Assembly: GCA_037447605.1 (NCBI GenBank)
Contig: CM074808.1
Location: 3,286,001-3,350,000, forward strand
Origin: Zygnema circumcarinatum SAG 698-1b
Taxonomy: Eukaryota > Plantae > Zygnematophyceae
Direction of reading: 5' to 3'
DNA: 64,000 bases
Position numbers and translations under genes: made by a program. This document shows positions 11,175 through 24,799 of this stretch, piece after piece. Within the stretch, counting starts at the first letter, position 1; each line of letters starts with the position of its first letter. Below the pieces are notes generated by a model, which saw only the letters and a program-made list of their open reading frames with translations, did no database searches and had not been told where the DNA came from.

Positions 11175-12106
11175 ATTCACATTGCTGACACTACTAAACA
11201 TTTCTTACCTGCTAACTTGCCCTGGGCGCATGGCTCGAAAAGCAACTAGTGTACCTCAATTCCTGCAAAGCTGCCCCACGAAGGCCCAAACAGCCTCCGA
11301 TAGCAGACGGCTGTTGATGTGAACCAACCGACGACTCATGTCACTTAGCAAACCATTCAGCCAATCCCCTGCAGCAAGCCGTCTGCCCTACGCTCCGCAG
11401 ACAGTCCCTACCCCCTCCATGAGACCCCCAAGCAGAGTCCCCAACAAAGCGCTTTGGCAGGCAGGCTCCACACTAAGGGACAGCAAAAGGAGCAGGCCTG
11501 CAATAATGACTGAAAGTGCTGATAAAGGAGCCCTTGCAGATTACAACCATGTACAGTTCAGCCCAGTCTTCACTGCAACCTCCTAACTATCCCTCCTTTC
11601 CCTGCCTCCTTCCCTCCCTCTCCCTTTCCCTCTCCCGCTCCCTCCCACCCTGCTTAGGCCGGCTCGCCTCTTGGAAGAGACAAGCCGACTGAAGCCCACC
11701 TCCCGAACACTAAGTGCAATGCCACCTGTCACCTTTTCCCTAGTTCAGCCCATTACAGCCTTTCAACGAGCCACCCGCTTTGAAAGGAAGGCCTCTTTTC
11801 CCTCAAATTCTGAGCCCCTCCCGTGAAGGAGACACCGCCCCTCCCGCCTTCTTGTTGCTAGCTGCACAACCTTCCTCTCTCTCCAACAACCGCCACCTGG
11901 TGAAGACAGCAAGTTCTCCGCCTACCTTGCCCAGGGCCGAGGGAGGATACCCCGCTACCAGTAATCTGCTCCAAGACTTAACGCTTGAACAATAAAAGAA
12001 AAAACAAGAACCCGGGAGCAAACTGTGCACTCGATAACCACTCCATCCATGTACATTGCATACGATGCTCTGCCGTGTGTTGCTGGCAGGACGCCACGTG
12101 TCCCAA

Positions 12107-15100
12107 TCACCGGCCATGGTGGAACCGTACAACAACACACGTGATATTGTCATTGCTCCCTCTGCGGAATGCCTCCTCTGTCAGACGCCTTGCTGCCGCC
12201 TCTGCGTCGAGAAGCTTATGTACCATCGTGACAGCATCCTGAAATGGCAAACGGAAAGCATGCAGGAATTTAGCACCACTTATGATGTCCACGTAAAGCT
12301 TCCCTCTTCACTGCGTTTGTACTGACAACTGGTAACTGCTGCAATGAGGCACACTCAGTAAGGTCCGTGTTCACTGGCTACAAGCAGTGAGCGTGATCGT
12401 TCAGTGCAGCATGCTTTCACCGCAAAATCCATGCAGCCGCTATATTCAGGTCAACATTTTTACAGCAACTTCACCCACAAAAGAAAAACAACAGGAAAAA
12501 ACAAAAACAGGGAACAGGCAACAGAACAGGCATCTATTCTACATGAGAAAGTCGTTTATAAATAAAAAATGATGATGGCGTCATCGATCATGCAATCAGG
12601 CAATTGTAATCGTAAATGCTCTTCTACTGAAAGAGAAGAGCATTCTTCTCTCTTTTACTGCAGCGTGGTAACTGGAACAGATGTTGAACGAAAAAAGTGA
12701 CAAAAGAGCTAGAAACTACTTTTACCGGACAAAATCCATTTCAACCTTCAAAATTCCTATCATACCTCCTTCCAGCTGAAACATTTCTAATGCACATGAG
12801 CCTTACAAAAGTTTTGAGAGTCCTAGCAGGCATCTATCCCACATGAACTGTCGTTAACTGCACGTGTTTTGAGTTCTGTCAACAAATGACCTAATGTAGG
12901 CAAACGATGAAACACTGCATTAACACCAGCTCAATGATTGTGTGATTAGAATCCTCACCTGGTCTTTCACAACATCCCACAAACCATCACTGGCAAGCAC
13001 CAGAAACTCGTGTTCATCAGTGATAGTCTCCTCCTGCAAAGCCCACTCTTCCCTGAATGCTAAGTTTCTGCACCATAATGAAACCATCAAACCTCCCAGA
13101 ACATGTTGTATAATGAAGCTGCACAGGATTTTTGTCCTCTGCATTGGCAGAACCCTTCTCAAGTGGCTGCTGACATACAAAGAAGGCCCACTTAGAAGTG
13201 TTTCAATCTCCTTATCCTCAGAGGCCTGAGGTAAGCATGTTGCCACCATATATATCCATGGCCATGGCTATTGCTTTCACCTGAATTTCGGGATCAGGCA
13301 CCACATAACGCTTCAGCAATCTGTCACCAAATGCCCGAGAGACTGCAAGAACACCTCCGACCCGCCATGTTCCTGCAGGAACAGCACAATCGCAGACAGT
13401 TTAGATGGAAATAAGGAAGCCGTTTTGCTGGCATTGATAGCAAACACAAGTGAAGCAATAGCGAAACCATAAGCAACAAGAGTGGCGTAATTCTTGATAC
13501 GAAGCTGAAATGAACTCCCTGCATGCCATACAAATAGCCAGCTCAATTGCAAGGATAGCCAAATCCTGCTCTTAGATGACAGAAAAATGCATCCAGCAGG
13601 AAGGAGGTCAAGAATGGGGATTCACCTGCCCACATCACTGAGCCACCTGCTTGTTCGATGCGTTCTCTCTCATCAGTTCGGTTCGGTTTATGGTCGGTTG
13701 ATAGAGGGTATGCTGTTACAAATCAAACAGGTGCCGAACGATCATCAACCATTCCGCATCGACGAAGTTTAGCCCTACTGGTCTTGCACATGTTTAGAGA
13801 AGTAGGGTACAAAAGAGCAAAAAATATGACAACAATCCTACCTTTTCCATCTCTGCAAACTACTGCCCGGGAATCTCCTACGTTAGCGACAAGCAGCTGC
13901 TTTCCCACAAGAACAGCCGTTGATGCTGTTGAACCAGCATCCCGATTTTGTCCATTCTCAGCTTTAAGATAAGCAGCATCCGTTTCCTTGAATGTTTCAA
14001 CTGCAATATCAGAGAGAAAAAATAACATGTAAGAAACACTACAAGAAACGAGTGATTGAAAAGCGGCCCCCTCCAATGAAGTCCCTTACAAAGACTCCCC
14101 AATTCAGGCAAACAAGCTTCAGTAGGACCTTAAAAAATGAAACCCTAACCTTCACATAAACAACCTCGCTGTTGCCAAGATGACTGTCTAATAGTGCACA
14201 TGAAAGCCAGCACTTACACAGTAGCTTGCATTATCCTCCACAAGCAAGAGACTGCCCTCCTCTCCTTTCAAGCTGGAAGAGAGTTGTTGAGCAAACGGCA
14301 AAGATGAAAGTATGCATACCAATAGCAAGTTTAGGATCTTCGGCGAACTTGGTATGCTTAATAAGATTGTCAAATAAATTTTGCTTGACGTATTCAGCTG
14401 CCCGTGACCCTCCATGCCCTGCAATCATGGAAGCCACTTCGTAAGCAACTCCAGCATCATCATGAATGAAAGTAACCTAATTTCTTCATCGGTCAGAGCA
14501 AAGGGCAAGAGTGGCCAGCACCGAAAACCACAACCTCTACGCTGCAGCAATGGAGCCTGAAGTAGACTGGGAGAAAGATATCCCTGCAACAATTTTCAAA
14601 CCTCAAGTTTTTGCAGGTAGGGTAGAGAAAAACTTGAAGGGCGTACCGTCAAATACACCGAACAGGCCAACCACCTTGCCACCAACTTTGGCTATTTGAG
14701 CATCCTGGAAATCCTCCATGGACGGCCTCTTCCCGCGCAGTTGCGAGAACCCAAAGCTGAAACTTCCATCCTCACTGGCCATTGCCACCACATCCGGAAC
14801 ATTCCCAGAGTTAATGGTGATTCTCTCCTTCACTTTCCCCCGACACAGGCAGCCATCCCTCCATCCCTCACCTCACATCCCTTTCTATCTCTTGCCAAGC
14901 ACCCACACGTCTCCTACACAAACCCTAACTGACCTTCTCTATCTCACCAGATCTCGTATCCCCCGCTCTCCCCTCTGTGCATCCTTTCTCCTGCTTTCAC
15001 TTCTTCCATGTCACTCGTCATGAGATCCTCCATCATTTCCCCACTCAAAACTACTTTCCCTCATCAGAATTTCTCCCTTCCCTCCCTGCACACAGCCGTA

Positions 15101-15331
15101 CTGCAGTCCTACGACCTCAACATGCAGCCATACGCCGCTTTTTCTCATTCCATCCCTTCTCCTTATCCCTTCCCCATCCCACAACCCTCCCCTTCCCACC
15201 TTCCGGCCTTCCCAACCCTCTCTACCTCCCTTCCAGCTCCCCGCCTCTCACCTGGTCCCTCCTCCCGTGGTGGGCGTGGAGCCGCCCCCGCCCTCCTTCT
15301 TAGCAGCGAGCACGGCGCTCATCGAGTTCAT
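12107..15331 (-). CDS. Protein phosphatase 2C, clade F (WIN2-like), 283 aa
   Basis: Exons 15331-15252, 14774-14647, 14418-14320, 14000-13842, 13712-13626, 13372-13281, 13033-12959, 12238-12107 (852 nt). Motifs [56 protein letters not shown] and [11 protein letters not shown]. Confidence 0.95.
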
Positions 15332-15524
15332 CCTGCACCGCTACTCCTGCTCCTCCTTTCCCTGCTTCGCCTGCTCCTCCTCCTTCTCCTTCTCCTGCTC
15401 CTGCTGCCGAACGGGCGCCTGCAGACGCCCTGCGCGCATGCCCGCCGGCCGCCGCTCTCGCAGGCAGGCAGGCAGCAGGAGGTGATGGCGCGAGAGGGCG
15501 GGCGGGAGGCGCAGGGAGGAGGGC

Positions 15525-15592
15525 GGGGGGAGGGAGGGAGGGAGGGAGGCAGAGAGGGAACTAGGGAAGGAGGGAGGGCGGGAGGGAGGGAG
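15525..15592. repeat. (GGAG)n-type purine tract in the PP2C 5' region
   Basis: Read directly. Confidence 0.8.
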
Positions 15593-16731
15593 AGCGGCAG
15601 ACCGACAGCTGGAGCGCCTCCGGAGGGCGCAGGGCGGGGCGGCACCGTCCCGTCCCGTCCCTGCCCGCCAAAGGCGAGGGCGAGGGCGAGGGCTGCCGGC
15701 GCGGGGGCCGTCCCGCCTGGTAAATACTTTCCCGGTTTTTAAACTTGGGACATTTCACATTTGGGGGCGGGGGGGGTCTGGAAATGGGTACGGTATGGAT
15801 GGGCGCTCCCATGAGGATGGGAAGGGCGAGACATGGATGATGGATGGGGCGGTGGCTGGGGAAGTGTTGGGATGGTGGGAATGGACGGATGGGGGGGTTG
15901 TTACTCGTTCACGAATGTTGCTTGATTGGAGCTCGACAACTTAGATGAGTCTGAGCAGGATTGCGAGGGTTTGTCAGTGGTATAAGACGAATGGATGTGG
16001 GTGGGGTTGGGTCTTTCTTGATGCTGTGGTTTTGTGGTAGATTATAAAGCATTAGGTGTTGTTCATTGTATAGAGCGAATGTTTCTCCAGCATTGTTGCA
16101 CATGGATGACAGCATATATCCCATATTCCGGTTTGGCACGGAGAGTGCTCTAGGGCAGACTTTGAGGCGGAGAACTGGGGCACCCAAGCCTTGAAAAAAT
16201 GCAGCACAGACGAAGCTTGAGAACTTCAAAGAAGGGGAGTTGGGAGAGGAGAAGGCCCTCCCCTCCCCACTGCGGTCGTCTTTCTTTTCCACTCCCTCCC
16301 TTAAGGCGACACTCCCCAAGGGAGGTACAGTAGGGGAACAGAACTTCACCCCTAAAAATGTGGCTGGAATAAATGAATTAAGAAGGGGCACCTTGTGCAC
16401 TAATTGGGAGTACAAGGACCGGCCTAAACTTTGACCTGGCTTGACCTGGCTAGACGCGGGCGCTCTGCAGGCTTGGCAGCCCCCTCAGAGGACTGCAGAC
16501 TCCACAGAAACTGCGGCGTCATCCCATGACAAGGAGTGGCCCAAGTGAAAAGAATGGCTGGAGACCTACAAGATAATCTATTGCTGCTGCTACTAAATAA
16601 GACATATTTTGCATGAAGATCCTAAGGCTGAAGATGTGGCATTGATCTCACGATGTCCTAAGTCTTTCATCCCTCCACACAGCTTCTAGAAGTCGATTGT
16701 ACATGCGTTTGGCACCTGTGAAAATTAGAGA

Positions 16732-19700
16732 CTAGTCTCTGCCATTAGAAAGCAGGGGTGCCCGTCCATTTTCATGCTGCTCCTCGGTATACACTAAAGA
16801 AACCTGCAGGGCAGAGGAAGACAAACCATGGTCACAAAATAAGTGAATATGACTGGGGATAAAGTTTTGCTCTGTTGCAGGAGTGGGGATGCGACAGGAG
16901 ACAACGGATCGGACAAGGAGGGGTTTTGGGTGTGGGTCTCCCCCACTATATGTAAACTTAGCTTCCGGCCCCTTAAAAACTCGCAAGTCGTACAAAGTGA
17001 CCATATACGAAGTCAAATCAGGGAACCCTTAAAGCAACTTGAGTATGCAAGCCATCCAGAAATTAAACTCCACCCGTTCTTCCTATCTAGAGTGATGACA
17101 ATGACGTCCTTTGAAGTAAATCTTTGTTACTGCTATACTTGCGGTCCAAATCTTGAAAAGAAACGTTTTTTCTGTTCACTCATGTGAGACCCTATAACAA
17201 ATTTGGCTTCAGACATCATTACCAAATTGAACTCTTTCAGGTTGGAACACCTTCCTCTCAGGCTTACTGCATACAATATCTCTCTCTCTCTCTGCAATAT
17301 TCAGAGACCAATCCAATAAATGTTTATTTTTTCGTGCAGGGAACAACCCAATCCTCCTTTCCACAGGGTAGCAAGTGCCCCACACCCTCTTTCTTTCTTC
17401 CTCTATCCCCTTCTCAATTTCCAGTCATTGGAATCAGTTTCTTGCAGTCAAGACCAACTATCACCTACTTCAGTTTCAGCTTTCTGAACTACAGAGTCTA
17501 CAATTCATCTTTCTTTACAATCGCACTGTCAAATACAGCACCACCTTTTTTCGTGAAGGGCTCAAGCTGGAAAAGCAAAAGAAACAACAAACAGGTAGGA
17601 AACGCACCTGTGACCCATCCCTCGTCAACATCATGTGCTCAGGTGGTGGTAGACCGTGGGGGCTGCCCTTCGGTAAAGCACCAGCACTTTTCATCCTCTT
17701 CCGTGCCTCCAAATACTTTTCATAAGCATACCATCCGATTCCACCAGAGTTTACCGCCAGCCCCACAAGATTGGTAACGCTCATCTGCAACTCCGCAGGA
17801 ATCTATCATCAATAACTTGTGTTCCTACTTTCAGTGAAGAAATGAGTGAGCAAGTAGAACAGCTCCCAATCAAGAAGTAGTCGAACACAGTTTCAAGCTT
17901 CTAGTCGCGGTTGAAATTAGAGAGCGTTGGCTGATATTTTATCACCATAATTCCCACCCTTCCACCATAGGAAGCCACAATACTTTAAAACGCAAGCTCA
18001 TTCAGACACCCTTGCCCTGAATGCAGTGTTCTACATGTTCAGAAAGCGGCTAGCTGAAAGTCATCCACGAACCGCTATATTTACGTTGACCCAAGCTTCT
18101 TCCCTATTTCAAATGCTATTATGTGACGTTTTTAATTCATCAAAATTTGACAGGGACAAGCTTGGAGGCCACCACTTACTCGCACGTCGCCAAATGCAAA
18201 GAGACCACCAAACCCTTGCAAAATGGATTTAGTCCGGCCTGCAAAAAACGACGGAACAGTAAAGAACCATTAAGTGCGGAGGATGTGGGAATTGAGGCAT
18301 CGTAAATGACCATACACTGAACCATCACTTGCAAAAAAAAAAAACCTGAAAATGAATGACATGGGATCATTGTTGCTTCCTTGCTTTCAAGCTGACTTCC
18401 AGAGAAACGATTCTTCTTTCAATAAAAGGCATACTGCGATCCGCAAAAAGGACGTGAACAGAGCAAAAACCTGACTTACCAACGATTGAAGTTGTCAGAG
18501 AATCATTGACGAGTGTACAGAGGTAGGTAGCCAGATTGAGCACAAACGCTGACGCGCACGAGGTAATGAAATAAAACATAAACATGGGGTCGCGTATGTG
18601 GGGGAAATCAACGAGCGCCGTAGCCTCGCCATTGAGAAGCACAAAGAGGAAGGAGAATGGTAGAGACCAGCAATTGTTATAGAGTAGCAGCGTGAAGGAA
18701 TCAAGCTGTAATTCATCCCCTAGCTTTCCTACTATCACCACATATGCAGCTGTTGCCACAGCGGAGGACAGCGCTAGGATGTATCCGGCTAAATCAAAAG
18801 TAAGGTCTCCCAAGCCGGCAATAAGGCCCCCAAAAGTGGTCATGTACACCGATAGCTGAACTCGGGTGGATGCCCTTTTGTCCCGCATTATGTAGTCGAG
18901 GAAAAGCACAGAGGGTGTTGTAGCACTCTTCAACACCCCATACATGGGAATGTTGACCCGGTTCAATGCTGACATGTCTAAGACGAGTTTTAAAAGGAAG
19001 GCGAAAGATAGCAAAAAAACCTGTCAATGCAGCCATCAGGGTTTCAAAATGAATTAGAAATTTCATAAACGTAACTTCTGACATTCAGTATCACCTAGCT
19101 GCTCACCAATGAAACAAAGGCCATATTCAGAAGTTTTTTATTGTGCAGCCAAACTCCTAAGCCCTCGGCCAATCCAGGATCAAGTGCAGGTCCTATAACG
19201 CTCGAAGCAAAACAAAAAACGATCCGTACTAGAGACCACACCTACATCCTCCAAACGGCTTCCAGCAGCTGGCATTATTCAAACCAAGCAGCGAATTGCG
19301 CTTTGACAAGGGGAATCAGACCTAGCAGCCCAGGCACACGAGGTACACAGCAAAAAATGTACGACTGCACCAATGCGCACTTGACTATCGTCAGCTAAGA
19401 TTTACATCGTGGGCAGAATTACAGAAAGATCAATTGCAACATTAACAAATTAGATCAGGTCCTCCAGTGCAGAATTTGTAAAAGAAATTCGCAGTTTCCT
19501 GCAAGTCTATTTTTATCTCAATACGGAAAGAGTGAGAGAGTGTAGAGGAGGGAGAGACCAGAAGAAAGGAGAGACAGACGGAAGGAGATGGAGGAAGGAT
19601 GATCTTCTGCGCCGCTGTCCCTGCTCAACTGCAGGAATTCTAGGCGATTTGACGCATCTAGTTTTTTTGCAAGTAGATAAGAATTGCTCACCCGTTTGAA

Positions 19701-20195
19701 GACGTAAAACTGAAAATTGCCCAAACGAATCAGTCCCACATTGCGCATCAAAATGAGCAATACAAGAGTGAATATTGTTTGGCCCAAAACTAGAGTATAC
19801 GGATAATTAAACTTGTAAACATGGAAAATTGCCTTGTTAATGAACACACTTGCTACGGACATCCCCCCTGCAATTGCACAGAAGAGCGGAGGAACAGCAG
19901 TTAGTTAGAACAGTGCTCGATTCAACAACCACTACGTAGACGCAACTGTTTGATCTTCTCAGTAATCTAGTTGATATTTGACAGCAGGATCTGTTGAGTG
20001 AAGGATCAAAAGACAAGGTCAATGCCTATGCGAGCTGTACAGTCTATGAGCAGGCAATAAACACGCATATAGTTCTTTCGTGCAAATCGGCACGATCTTG
20101 GCTCAGCGACAGCTGACTGACACACAGCCATCAGTCATCACGCAGATTTCCTTACCATAGAACAAAGCAGTCAAGATGCCCTTATACGAACTCAT
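16732..20195 (-). CDS. Nucleotide-sugar transporter, SLC35D / UTr7-like, 354 aa
   Basis: Exons 20195-20156, 19867-19692, 19020-18480, 18238-18180, 17784-17608, 16803-16732 (1065 nt). Motifs SVFINKA, VNIPMYGVLK, GDLTFDLAGY, LCTLVNDSLTTSIVG and NLVGLAVNSGGIGWYAYEKY, with about 10 hydrophobic segments. Confidence 0.9.
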
Positions 20196-20845
20196 GGCTC
20201 CTCGAAAGACTATCTCTCCTGAAGCCCTCAGTGTTTAAGAGTTCCCCAACGACCTTCACCTCCCTCTTTCCCCGACCATTGCCTTCCCTTTCCTCTTCTG
20301 AATCTACCTCCACAAGAAATCCTCCTTCTCAACCGCTTTACCAAGAATCCGGACGCTGCTCTGCCCGCTCCCCCTTCCCTTCACTGCAGTGAAATACCAT
20401 CACTCTCCACCGCGATGGTCCCATGCTCATCAGCCATAAATAGATCCTCCAGCACCCTCCTCTCTACTAGCAGCTCAGAAACTGCACACGCCTGCCAGGC
20501 TTGGTGCAAATGCTGCCGCGATCACAGGTGCCTGAGATGAGCCCCTCCCGCCTGCCTTCTCCCCGCGCCGCGAGAGAGAGATGCCGGCGGATGCGTAGAG
20601 AGAGGGAGATATGGAGAGAGCGGGAGATATGGAGAGAGAGAGAGAGTTACGACGGCCTGCGGAGGGCGCAATTTGGTGTCGGCCAGTTCGAAGCGGCTTC
20701 GTGTGAACGCCACTTTTGTACAACGACGGGGTCTGTCGCCATAAATATTGTACGGGTTTTACGAACTATCGTACGGACATATACTGTCGGATACGGAGGA
20801 GTGGTGGGACAGGTGTCACAGGTCACACGGGCGGGGAAGCGATTC

Positions 20846-20869
20846 TTTTTTTTTTTTTTTTTTTTTTTT
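20846..20869. repeat. T24 homopolymer
   Basis: Read directly. Confidence 0.9.
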
Positions 20870-21507
20870 CCTATCTAAAAGGCTTTTGACAAACGAGCGT
20901 TTCAAACTTTCTGATTTTTATTTTTCTCGTTTATTCATAGTTGGTTGAACACGTAAATAATTCGAGGCCGTGTTCAAGTTTAATGGTAGTGGACCCAACA
21001 ACTAGATTCAGGCAAGGAGCGAAATTCCACCTTTCAGTAAGATCCGTTTAACCCTTCATGGATGTACGGATGGAGTTGACTCGAGGTTAACAGACCATCG
21101 ATATGATCCAAACCGATTCTGAATCCATCCCGATCCGACCCTACAAGGTGGAATCCGCACGAACGAGTGGACTACCGGTCCTCACCATTTTAAAAAAGGA
21201 AAAAAAGAAAAACAAGGCGATTTGAGGCCATTTTTCTATTCGATCGATCCCGAAAATGCCCTTTACTATTGTTTGGTACGGACAAAACTCGACGACAAAG
21301 CATTGCCTATAGGCAACGCAACAAAAAAGTTAAAAATGTGCAGCTAGAAAAAAAATCAATCTTCGGAATCTGAGCCTCTGAACTACCGTATCGTAGTTTG
21401 AGAAATTCATTGTCTGAAAACGCATTCATGTTGTTCAACAAGGTCACCTTTCATGGTAGGTCGCCGGTCGGGGCCGGCGGCTTGTAAGGGCCGGCGGGGC
21501 CGAGCGG

Positions 21508-21560
21508 AGGGAGGGGAGGGAGGGAGGGAGGGAGGGAGGGAGGGAGGGAGGGAGGGGGGG
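21508..21560. repeat. (GGAG)n microsatellite
   Basis: Read directly. Confidence 0.85.
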
Positions 21561-23263
21561 TCGGGTGGGAGGTCGAGACCTGGACCCTGTGAAGCAGTGG
21601 TAGGTGAAGTTGGGGACGGGTGCATGGGAGGCCATGGTTCGCTCCCATGTGGCCATGTGGGTTTGAAGCGCATCGTGAAGTAGGAGCAGCTCCATGGTGA
21701 TTGTCGGGAGATGATGGGAGGCTCGTCATGCCAGTACATAGTAGGTCGATATGGCGAGGCTTGTTCGGTATGAGACGGGTCGGAAGCTCCAGGGAGACAA
21801 GGTGTTGGGGTTCATGCTTAGATGTCAGCGGTGAGAAACCACGACCTACCACTTCGCTTGAAAATGAGATGGGTTAATAGGGGAAAATCGAGCCGATGGG
21901 CGAAGAGTACAACGGTTGCGAGGACTATGCGTTGAAACTGGAGTGAAGATCCTTCACCAAATGTTTTTTGAGATTTTCCAATAACGCAGAATGGTATCCG
22001 TGGATGTTCTTCACAACTGCCTTTCTTTAAGATATCAAAGTAAGAGTGATTCAGGAAATACCCAAGGGAGTCTGTGTAGGCCAGTGAAATTCAGCACATG
22101 AATCCTTGTCTTTTTTAGAAGATTTACGAACTTTCTGTACGTCATTCAGGCCCTGCCACACCTCATGCAAAATCTGAATACGTGCATTCTTATCTTTACT
22201 CCAACGACTGCAAAGAACAGAATGGGCGATGGAGAGCAGGCAGGGCAGGAGAAAAATCGGCAGAAGTGGGTAGGAGTAATCAAACAGGAGAGGTGGAGAT
22301 GGAAGAGGGTGAAGATGGAGGGAGGGAGGAATTGACGGGAAGGGGAGAGACGGTGAGGGAAGCAGACGGTGTGCACGTTAGCGAAAGCGTCGTGGAAGTA
22401 TTGGAAAATTGCTATTGAGCCACTGTTGTCCAAGGCAACGCCGTAGCTAAACTTTGAATTAAGCCTACCTTCGAAGTTGTATTGAAGGGATGAGGAAGAG
22501 AGGTCATAGTGCACCAGTTGAGGATTAGGACATATACAGTCTGAGCACGAAAAAGAAGCCGCATTAATCGCCTCCTGAAGTAGACCCTTGCCCTTGCTGT
22601 CTGAACAAGTACTCCACATTGAAACAGAAGTACGCACCAAATTCTACCTGACATGCTGAATTCAATCAGCGGAGGTTATGCCCGTGCTATAATTCTCTGG
22701 AATAAAATCTCACATCCCATACAAAGATATCACCCGTGGACCCTACACGCAGGGCAAGAGTAGCAGTGTTGTGCGGAAAGTGTTAGCCACGATAAGAAAA
22801 CAGTCTTTCAGCGAACAAAACCTTCTACAAACAAAACGTTAGGGGAGAACCTGGCCAGCACTCTGTCGATCCTCCTGCTCGTTTCATACTCAAATAATCA
22901 CGCCTGCAGAATGACTTTCATCCATCACATGCGCAACACAATCCTGATTTGTTTCCGAAATGCTCGAACAAAGGTACCAGTATTGTATTCACACTGCTCC
23001 GAAGCCCTCACATGGACAGGCATCAAAGGACATGAAAACCCAGGCTTCAGAATTCTGGGTTAGCAGAAACACTTCAACAACGCACTCTCATCGATTGACC
23101 AAATTCTAGAAGATCACAATATCACCGTGGGTAGGTGCTCTTTGACTGAAATCGAATATAGAACACGTCCACTCTCCTTGTCATGCCCTCCTGCTAGGTC
23201 CAATCAGACCTATACTGCCTCCTTGCCAAAGAGAAAGGCTCCACTCTGCAGCAACAGCACAGC

Positions 23264-24357
<1,094 letters not shown>

Positions 24358-24799
24358 GGCTGCTGCGAAGTGTTGGTCGCCCGAGAGGCCGCTTGAGGAG
24401 GCGGCGGCGTGCGCTCTCCCGGAGAGGCTGCGGCTCGCGGAGGCGGAAGAGGACGCGCTCGGGGCGAGGGGGACCCTATAACTCTGGCCGGCCCGGGCTT
24501 TCACATGTGGCCCAAATTTGTTCCGTTCAGATTTCGTAGCATATAACACAGAAATATATGTCGAAATTGCGTTTGAAATTGTAACAGGAACAGAAACCTT
24601 ACGCTGCATCGTACACGTGAAGTGCATGTTCACAAGTACAGCCGAAATAGGCAAGAGTACATAGAACTGCTAGAATTTGTGAAACGCTTAACAGAACTGT
24701 GAAAACAGCGACATGGAACCTTGGAACAGGACTTTCTTACCCTCTCCTGCCAGCTTCCCCCGCTCTTCCCGAAGGCGAGGTCCAGGGGAAGGGGTGGCC

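Noticed and set aside
15008-15812. Long GC-rich ORFs (up to 244 aa)
   Set aside because: Low-complexity PP2C first exon and leader; stop-poor because of base composition.
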